From the IMG/VR virus record IMGVR_UViG_3300028591_000072, positions 64,001 to 128,000 of that record: DNA of 64,000 bases; one strand, written 5' to 3'. The position numbers were made by a program, and so were the translations under genes. The notes under the pieces were generated by a model that saw nothing but the letters and a program-made list of their open reading frames with translations, was not told where the DNA came from and searched no databases. This DNA is from a virus (lineage: Duplodnaviria > Caudoviricetes). Every line of letters starts with the position of its first letter. Position 1 is the stretch's first letter. This document shows, one piece after another, positions 58,056-64,000 of the stretch.

Positions 58056-59059
58056 ATTTTAATTATTGTGTTTTCTAAATTTATTTCTTTTCCATTTATT
58101 TTTTCTTCACGTCTTTCCAAAATGCTACGGCCATACATTAAATCAATAGTGCTTTTTTTTGCTTCTAACTTATTGTATTTTTCTTCCATTTCTTCTGTCA
58201 TATACTTATCAACAACTGATTTGCCATCTGAAACAATGTTACAGTCGAATGTAAATACAAAACTACCATCAAATACGTTTATTTCAACAAGTTTAATGTC
58301 ATCGTACTTAAACAAGCACATATCATCTGAATTCCACGCTTTGTCAGAATACCATTCAATTGTTTCAAACTCAAACAAGTCTGAACGATAATTTTTAGTT
58401 TCAAACATATCATAAAGATTTGAAATAAGTATTGCGTCAATTTTTCCAAACTGGCTTGCTGTTGTTGGTAAATAAAAATCAACAAACGCTCTGCCAATAT
58501 CATTTTTTTGCCTGACAACAATTTTTGTGACAAATTTGTCTATTTCAATCCTTGGAACAAACCCTCCACGATTTACGGTTAATGTCGTATCATAATCATA
58601 TATTCCATTTGGGACATAAACATTTCCTATTGATGTTTCTTTTCCAAAAACCTTATTATCTTGGATTGTTCGTATATGAGTGTCTTCTGTTTCATAAACG
58701 GGTGGATGCTTCATGAAATCAACATATGTTTTTTTCATAATATGTTCTGTATTTGAAAAGATTGGGTTTCCGTCTTCGTCAAATGTCATTGTTATTGTTG
58801 ACGGGTCATATTTATCAGCTTCTTTTATTATTCTATAATGCTTTTCACGAAGTTCCTCAACTTCTTTTGTAACCTTTTCCTCAAGCAAATCATTCATAAC
58901 GCCAGATTTTGGCATATTTTGATGTACACCATTGTCCGTGTTTCCACCATTTTGCCCAAACATCATCTTATTGGCAGATTCCATGCCATAAAACAATGAA
59001 ATCCAAAACAATTTAATTGTAATTAAGATTTTTTCTAATATTTTTTTAAAATTACCCAT
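58052..59059 (-). CDS. Hypothetical protein
   Basis: 335-aa ORF with overlapping start/stop coupling. Confidence 0.65.
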   Translation of the reverse strand: MGNFKKILEKILITIKLFWISLFYGMESANKMMFGQNGGNTDNGVHQNMPKSGVMNDLLEEKVTKEVEELREKHYRIIKEADKYDPSTITMTFDEDGNPIFSNTEHIMKKTYVDFMKHPPVYETEDTHIRTIQDNKVFGKETSIGNVYVPNGIYDYDTTLTVNRGGFVPRIEIDKFVTKIVVRQKNDIGRAFVDFYLPTTASQFGKIDAILISNLYDMFETKNYRSDLFEFETIEWYSDKAWNSDDMCLFKYDDIKLVEINVFDGSFVFTFDCNIVSDGKSVVDKYMTEEMEEKYNKLEAKKSTIDLMYGRSILERREEKINGKEINLENTIIKI

Positions 59060-59279
59060 TTACAGAATCAATTAAACCATTTAGTATTTTTTCCATTTCA
59101 TCAACAACCTTACCCCTAAAATCATTGTATTTTTTAAATAAAGCATATTGGTCGTTGTTAATGATTGAACCATCATAATTTTTTGATACACTTTCATATT
59201 TCACGCAAATAATTCTTAATGCCTTTTCCAATTCTAATAGAGATGACAATGTATAATCACGTAAATTTTCTTTTTCCAT
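59052..59279 (-). CDS. Hypothetical protein
   Basis: First gene of the operon, downstream of TTTGACTT. Confidence 0.6.
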   Translation of the reverse strand: MEKENLRDYTLSSLLELEKALRIICVKYESVSKNYDGSIINNDQYALFKKYNDFRGKVVDEMEKILNGLIDSVNG

Positions 59280-59366
59280 GCCTTTTTATCTTAAAAATAA
59301 TAAATTTCAAATCCAAAGTCAAATATTTTCACGAACATAAAACTATTTATCAAAAAAAAAAGAAAT

Positions 59367-59801
59367 ATGCGTTATATAACGGAAAAACAATTGAACAAAA
59401 TCATAACAGAAAGCACAATTAAGGTGTTAAAGGAATATTCAGAAAATGAAGGTGTTGCCGGAGCAATTGGTGCAGGACTTGGATGGCTTGCAAATAAAGC
59501 AAGGAATGGTGTTAATAACTTTAGCCAAAACTTCCAACAGCAATATAATGGAAACACTCAACAACAACAAGGAACAGTACAAACAGGGACTCCAACAATT
59601 GAACAATTGGCACAATATTTACAAAATTTAAATATGCGTATTTCAAATTTGGAATCTAATATGACAAATGCATCAAATAATGCACAACAATCCGCAACAG
59701 CTACTGCGAATCCAGCACGAAAAAGGACAAAAAAAAGTACAACTACCAACCAACAGCCGCCTACAGCACCAACCACTCAGGCAAAAACAACACAGCAATA
59801 A
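59367..59801 (+). CDS. Gln/Thr-rich protein with shared leader
   Basis: MRYITEKQLNKIITESTIKVLKE; late motif at 59342. Confidence 0.75.
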   Translation: MRYITEKQLNKIITESTIKVLKEYSENEGVAGAIGAGLGWLANKARNGVNNFSQNFQQQYNGNTQQQQGTVQTGTPTIEQLAQYLQNLNMRISNLESNMTNASNNAQQSATATANPARKRTKKSTTTNQQPPTAPTTQAKTTQQ

Positions 59802-59837
59802 ACGCTTAAAATAATTTATAATAACACAACATAAAAA

Positions 59838-60359
59838 ATGAACAAGAAACAAGTTATAAGAATAAGTGAACAACAACTAAGGCAAATAGTTTCCGAATGC
59901 ACAAAAAAAATATTATCGGAAAATGAATCCAATGAAGAAGACATGGAAGAAGGCTTCTTTGGAAATATGAAGGATAAACTTGGTGCAGTAAAGGACACAT
60001 TCAAAAAGGGTGGAAATTACGATGCCCATTTTAATAATCGCCAATTACAAAGAGCAAGGGGAGACATTGAAAGTCTTAAAGGAAAATACGGTGTACAAAA
60101 CGGTCAAAACGGAGCACAATACGTAAAGCAAAATTCACAAGCGGCAATAGACCAAATTAATGCAAAATATGACCAAAAAATCCAAGCATTAGAACAGCAA
60201 AGGCAATCAGAAATTGCTAAAACAACAGGCAAAACACAAAAACAATGGGATAAATACCAATCAAAGAAAGGTGCTCTTGACCAAACAAGAAATCAAGCAT
60301 ATCAAGGAAGACGTACAGCAATGAACGCAAATCCATATGCTGATTTTGCTGAAGAATAA
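59838..60359 (+). CDS. Gln-rich helical protein with shared leader
   Basis: MNKKQVIRISEQQLRQIVSECTKKILSE..MEEGFFG. Confidence 0.75.
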   Translation: MNKKQVIRISEQQLRQIVSECTKKILSENESNEEDMEEGFFGNMKDKLGAVKDTFKKGGNYDAHFNNRQLQRARGDIESLKGKYGVQNGQNGAQYVKQNSQAAIDQINAKYDQKIQALEQQRQSEIAKTTGKTQKQWDKYQSKKGALDQTRNQAYQGRRTAMNANPYADFAEE

Positions 60360-60379
60360 AAAACTAAAAACATTAAAAT

Positions 60380-60413
60380 AAAAAAGTCAGCCTTATTTAG
60401 ACTGACTTTTTTT
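60380..60413. terminator. Bidirectional terminator of the AAGTCAG family
   Basis: aaaaaagtcag-ccttatttaga-ctgactttttt. Confidence 0.8.
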
Positions 60414-60653
60414 CTTTATGTTCAAATCATATCCTTTTGATGGCCAACCCATATAGCAGTCAAGAGCGACACTAACAATTAGCCATAGAACCATAGCCCA
60501 AGAAAGGAAACTTAGTAGAACATCTTCAATAATTTCTTGTTTTGAAATATATTCAATTTCTTTATCATAAAGATAAAAATACTCATATGCAAATATTCCA
60601 ATTTCAGATATAAGTACACCAATTATATACCATAAGATGATTGAAAAAAACAT
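60393..60653 (-). CDS. Small membrane protein (two hydrophobic segments)
   Basis: Hydropathy judged by eye. Confidence 0.55.
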   Translation of the reverse strand: MFFSIILWYIIGVLISEIGIFAYEYFYLYDKEIEYISKQEIIEDVLLSFLSWAMVLWLIVSVALDCYMGWPSKGYDLNIKKKSQSK

Positions 60654-60683
60654 TGTTATTTTATTTTAAATTAAACATACGAA

Positions 60684-61130
60684 TTAATTAATTCCTGTGT
60701 GCCCGAATCCGCCATCACCACGTTCTGTTTCATCTAATTCTTTAACTTCCGCAAAAATAGCACATTCAACTTTTTTGAATAGCATTTGAGCGATTCTGTC
60801 ACCATTTTTAACAACAAAATCCTCATTTGAAAGATTAACCAAAAGAACACAAATTTCTCCAGTATAATCACTGTCGCATACGCCAGGGGTGTTAATTACA
60901 GTTATTCCCTTTTTAATTGCCAAGCCACTTCTTGGTCTTACAGAGCCCTCATATCCTTCAGGAATTTGCATATATAAACCAGTATGAATCGTTTTTCTTT
61001 CCATTGGCTTTATAAGAATATCTTCTTCAGTAAATGCCCTTAAATCAACGCCAGCAGAACCTGTTGTTTCGTATGACGGATTTGGATTATTTGATTTGTT
61101 GATAAGTTTTACTTTAATCATATTTACCAT
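60684..61130 (-). CDS. dut: dUTP diphosphatase (trimeric)
   Basis: SAGVDLRA, RPRSGLA, PGVCDSDYTGE, GDRIAQ, RGDGGFGHTG. Confidence 0.95.
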   Translation of the reverse strand: MVNMIKVKLINKSNNPNPSYETTGSAGVDLRAFTEEDILIKPMERKTIHTGLYMQIPEGYEGSVRPRSGLAIKKGITVINTPGVCDSDYTGEICVLLVNLSNEDFVVKNGDRIAQMLFKKVECAIFAEVKELDETERGDGGFGHTGIN

Positions 61131-61294
61131 GTTTTTAAATTATTATATCTTCCACCACTCCAATCTTTTCCTTCTTCATTATTCCAAGGAGCAAGAGGGT
61201 CATCTTTTGTCTCTGTTGCATTCCATGGTGCAAATGGGTTATATGCCTCAGTTCCATTATTCCACGGAGCAAATGGGTCACTATTCCTTCTCAT
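61124..61294 (-). CDS. 56-aa protein with three (D/N)PxAPWN repeats (absent from the ORF track)
   Basis: MRRNSDPFAPWNNGTEAYNPFAPWNATETKDDPLAPWNNEEGKDWSGGRYNNLKTW; ATG overlaps the upstream TAA (TAATG). Confidence 0.7.
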   Translation of the reverse strand: MRRNSDPFAPWNNGTEAYNPFAPWNATETKDDPLAPWNNEEGKDWSGGRYNNLKTW

Positions 61295-61884
61295 TATTTA
61301 GCGTTTTTAATCTTATTATATCTTTCCTTTTCAATAGCGTAAGCAAGTTCGTTTGCTTGTCTAATAACAGTTGTATAAATTGAAAGGAATGGTTTCTTTG
61401 ATGCCTCAACATCCTCGTCAAGACAAGTTATTGCCTCAAATTCAATTGGTGTAAGTTTAACTCCATTGTTAAGAGCCTCAAGAGCGCTTCTTTCCCCACC
61501 TTTAAGGCATCCTTCAACACCTTTTGCAAACTTAAACATAAGTCCACGATTTTTGATTTCCCAATCGTTGTCATTTTCAACGTATACAAGTCTTTTTGAC
61601 AGATGCATAATTGAAATCGCTTTCAATAATGTATCTTCGTCAATTTCAAACGTTCCTGAAATCATTTTGGCGACTCTTTGGGCCAATGCCATAACCATAT
61701 TAATATGAATAATAAGAGCGCCTTTATAAGCAGTACCCATTTCTTCACTAACAGCACACGGAGAAGACAATAATTCAGTCTTCAGTTTTTCCATGTCATA
61801 GTTTTTAGTTAATCCAAGTTTTTCAAATACTCCGTAAAATTTTACCCACTCAGTGTAGGCTTGTTCCTGTGTCAATGTTTTCAT
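61294..61884 (-). CDS. HD-fold-like protein lacking the HD dyad
   Basis: SPCA..AYKGALIIH..V..LLKAISIMHLSK..GERS..LTPIEFEAI. Confidence 0.5.
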   Translation of the reverse strand: MKTLTQEQAYTEWVKFYGVFEKLGLTKNYDMEKLKTELLSSPCAVSEEMGTAYKGALIIHINMVMALAQRVAKMISGTFEIDEDTLLKAISIMHLSKRLVYVENDNDWEIKNRGLMFKFAKGVEGCLKGGERSALEALNNGVKLTPIEFEAITCLDEDVEASKKPFLSIYTTVIRQANELAYAIEKERYNKIKNAK

Positions 61885-61892
61885 AATTAAAA

Positions 61893-62066
61893 TTATTTTT
61901 TATTAAATTTTTCCATTAAGTCAAAAATGATAATAAAAGTTGATAAAACAACTGATATTATACCAAGAATCACAAAAATTGCAGAAAGCCCAATGTTAAC
62001 TGCTAGAATAAGCATACAAACTGCAATAATTAAATCTAAGATTGCTGAAATTAAATTAGTTTTCAT
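61893..62066 (-). CDS. Small membrane protein
   Basis: MKTNLISAILDLIIAVCMLILAV...; start placed at the downstream ATG. Confidence 0.5.
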   Translation of the reverse strand: MKTNLISAILDLIIAVCMLILAVNIGLSAIFVILGIISVVLSTFIIIFDLMEKFNKK

Positions 62067-62173
62067 TTTATATGTTTTCTTTGCTTTAAACATACAAAAA
62101 CTTCCAGAAAAAAACAAAAAAAAACCTCGAAGATTTCTCAATCAACGAGGCAAAAACTAAAAACACTATGACA

Positions 62174-63406
62174 TTATTTTCTAATAATAGATTTGTACCA
62201 TTCGGCACGTACCTTAGTTACATTTTTTATATCATATTTATCCTTTACGGTTTCGTACATATTATCTGTCATTAACTTTATATATTCAGGGTGCTCAACT
62301 ATTTTTTTGATTGCTTGTCCCCAAGCTTTGTGCTTCTTTTCTGGTTCAATCAAAATACAATTCCCTTCGTAGTCAATCTCGCCACCTTTTTTGAATATTG
62401 ACTTGCTTCCAATTGTATATGGACCAAAATTAGTTGCTATTACAGCAGTTCTTGTAAATCCGCCTTCAATGAATTTCAATTCAGATTTTACTTCATTGAA
62501 TGAATTACAATCCAACGGTGCAAAAATGACATCAAGATTTCTGTAATGCTCGGCAAAATTCTTTACATCTTTTGTCCATTCACGTCTATAATGCTCTTGG
62601 TTAACAGTTGGCCACTGAACATTTTTTAGGAATTTAAGCAAAAAATCCTTATATGCATTACTACAAATATTATAATTGTCTGTTACAATTTTTTCATAGG
62701 TATACCAAACAGATTCAGTTGGCTTTATCGGCCTTTGGCCTTGAATACTTCCATCTGGGTTAATCATTGTCATTGTGCCCCTAAGGTCATATCCACAAAG
62801 AACAATTTGTATTTTTTCCAAAATTTCTTTAGGAATTGCATTAACAACGCCCTTAAATTGTTCCATATCCTTTTCATGTGATGAACCCATCACGAACCCA
62901 AATCTTATTTTATCAGATTCATTTTTTATTGGTTGGTATTGGTCTTCTTCAGGGTCAATCGCATTTGGAAAAACAAATACGTTTTTATTGTATTTTTTAA
63001 TCTTATTTGCAAATATTTCAGTAGTTGTTGTTATATAATCAGCACGTTTTAAACTCTCAATTATCTTTTCAGCAACATGCATTGATTTATTTTGTGCATA
63101 AAGAGGGTGATTAGGACCAACTTCCCAATTATCGTCAATATCAATAATACTAACAATATTATGTATCTTAAAATAATCAAGAGCAGCCCAAAAAGGTTCC
63201 ATCCTACTAAATAATCCCTTATGAACATGAACAATATCAAAATCATCAAAATAAGATAAATTAATCCAATCTGGCTGATAATTTATTTCTACATCAAACT
63301 CATCTCCATATAATTTGTCCAAATTTGTATGAGGGCTTACTGAACGGTATAATCCAACGCCAAAAGTATCACTTGGAATAACAAGTACTTTTATTTTTTT
63401 ATCCAT
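62174..63406 (-). CDS. Glycosyltransferase, GT-B/GT4-like
   Basis: GVGLYRS..P, IDIDDNW, ADYITTTT, FPNAID, SSHEKD, APL..FNEVKSELKFIE. Confidence 0.8.
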   Translation of the reverse strand: MDKKIKVLVIPSDTFGVGLYRSVSPHTNLDKLYGDEFDVEINYQPDWINLSYFDDFDIVHVHKGLFSRMEPFWAALDYFKIHNIVSIIDIDDNWEVGPNHPLYAQNKSMHVAEKIIESLKRADYITTTTEIFANKIKKYNKNVFVFPNAIDPEEDQYQPIKNESDKIRFGFVMGSSHEKDMEQFKGVVNAIPKEILEKIQIVLCGYDLRGTMTMINPDGSIQGQRPIKPTESVWYTYEKIVTDNYNICSNAYKDFLLKFLKNVQWPTVNQEHYRREWTKDVKNFAEHYRNLDVIFAPLDCNSFNEVKSELKFIEGGFTRTAVIATNFGPYTIGSKSIFKKGGEIDYEGNCILIEPEKKHKAWGQAIKKIVEHPEYIKLMTDNMYETVKDKYDIKNVTKVRAEWYKSIIRK

Positions 63407-63431
63407 TTTTTTCTGTTTGTTTTGTTATTAA

Positions 63432-64000
63432 TTAAGACAATAAATCATTAACATTTAAATTATTTTCATTCGCATATTCTTTTGTTATGTTTTTGCAATT
63501 TTCGCTTAATGTTGAAGTAAAAGCCAAATCTTTTGCCTCTCCAGTTAATGTTGAACATCTATAACTTGTAACAGATGCATTTATTAGGTCATAATTTGAC
63601 ATATAACTTGCTTTTGAAGAATACATTTTGTTTGCAAATCCAAGTGAATTTGCATCTTTTGCGTCTCTTACATCGCTTCCCATGTAAACAAAAGTCCAAT
63701 TATATTCATCTTCCATTTCTTTAATCATTTCCTTTACTTTTGAAGCGCTGTATTCTCTTGATGAATTTTCCTCACCGTCAGTCATTACAACAACGACATT
63801 TTTTTCAGGCCTTTCATCTTCATCTATATCGTTAATCCAATTCTTGATATTGTTTATTGCTGTTCCAACAGCATCAAATAACGCCGTACAACCGCCAGGT
63901 CTATAGTCATCATCAATATAATCAACTTCTCTAACATCAATTCCACGATACACTTCTGTTACATTGCTATTGAATTTATAATATGAAATAGAACAACTTC
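63432..64000 (-). CDS. vWA domain protein (5' end outside the window)
   Basis: GGCTALFDAVG, VVMTDGEENSS, WTFVYMG. Confidence 0.85.
   Translation of the reverse strand, partial: SCSISYYKFNSNVTEVYRGIDVREVDYIDDDYRPGGCTALFDAVGTAINNIKNWINDIDEDERPEKNVVVVMTDGEENSSREYSASKVKEMIKEMEDEYNWTFVYMGSDVRDAKDANSLGFANKMYSSKASYMSNYDLINASVTSYRCSTLTGEAKDLAFTSTLSENCKNITKEYANENNLNVNDLLS

Noticed and set aside
2750-63249. Many short antisense or alternative-frame ORFs in the track (e.g. 4227..4772, 12051..12692, 42074..42607, 44453..45037)
   Set aside because: They overlap well-supported genes and have the S/F/L/I-rich composition of shadow ORFs
1-64000. Stop-codon reassignment (TAG as Gln, as in some gut megaphages)
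   Set aside because: Long genes are intact in the standard code; the TAG at 30145-30147 is the intron end, not a recoded codon
1-64000. tRNA/rRNA genes, reverse transcriptase, DGR or retron
   Set aside because: No cloverleaf-like intergenic sequence or RT motifs were recognised; a tRNAscan/HMM run would be needed to exclude them fully

Overview
AT-rich segment of a large T4-like (gp13/17/20/21/22/23/55-type) tailed phage genome in the standard genetic code. The host is probably a Bacteroidota bacterium, from a TAnnTTTG promoter and a Prevotella-like passenger gene. The window holds the head module (prohead protease, scaffold, major capsid protein, large terminase, neck, portal), tail/baseplate genes, a gp55-like late sigma factor, a ClpB-like ATPase, a Dam-family methylase, three glycosyltransferases and dUTPase. 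It is heavily parasitised: an atypically split intein in ClpB with a free-standing endonuclease between the halves, inteins in the protease and portal, a 261-nt group I intron in the terminase, three more free-standing endonucleases, and an IS1595-family element with non-autonomous gene-carrying derivatives. The main candidate for a new system is a set of about 11 mostly unrelated proteins that share an N-terminal leader ending in (I/L)xE, several directly behind one late-promoter motif (ACTATTTAT). The payloads include a PPase, HExxH peptidases, an ART-like protein and a glucosaminidase. The leader looks like a modular capsid-loading address removed by the prohead protease, and two such genes ride inside the IS1595 element. 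Also notable are a probable -1 frameshift with a GNRA hairpin, a late-promoter-driven non-coding RNA candidate, a Tad2 fusion and apparent GATC avoidance. All family calls come from motif recognition by eye; no searches were run.
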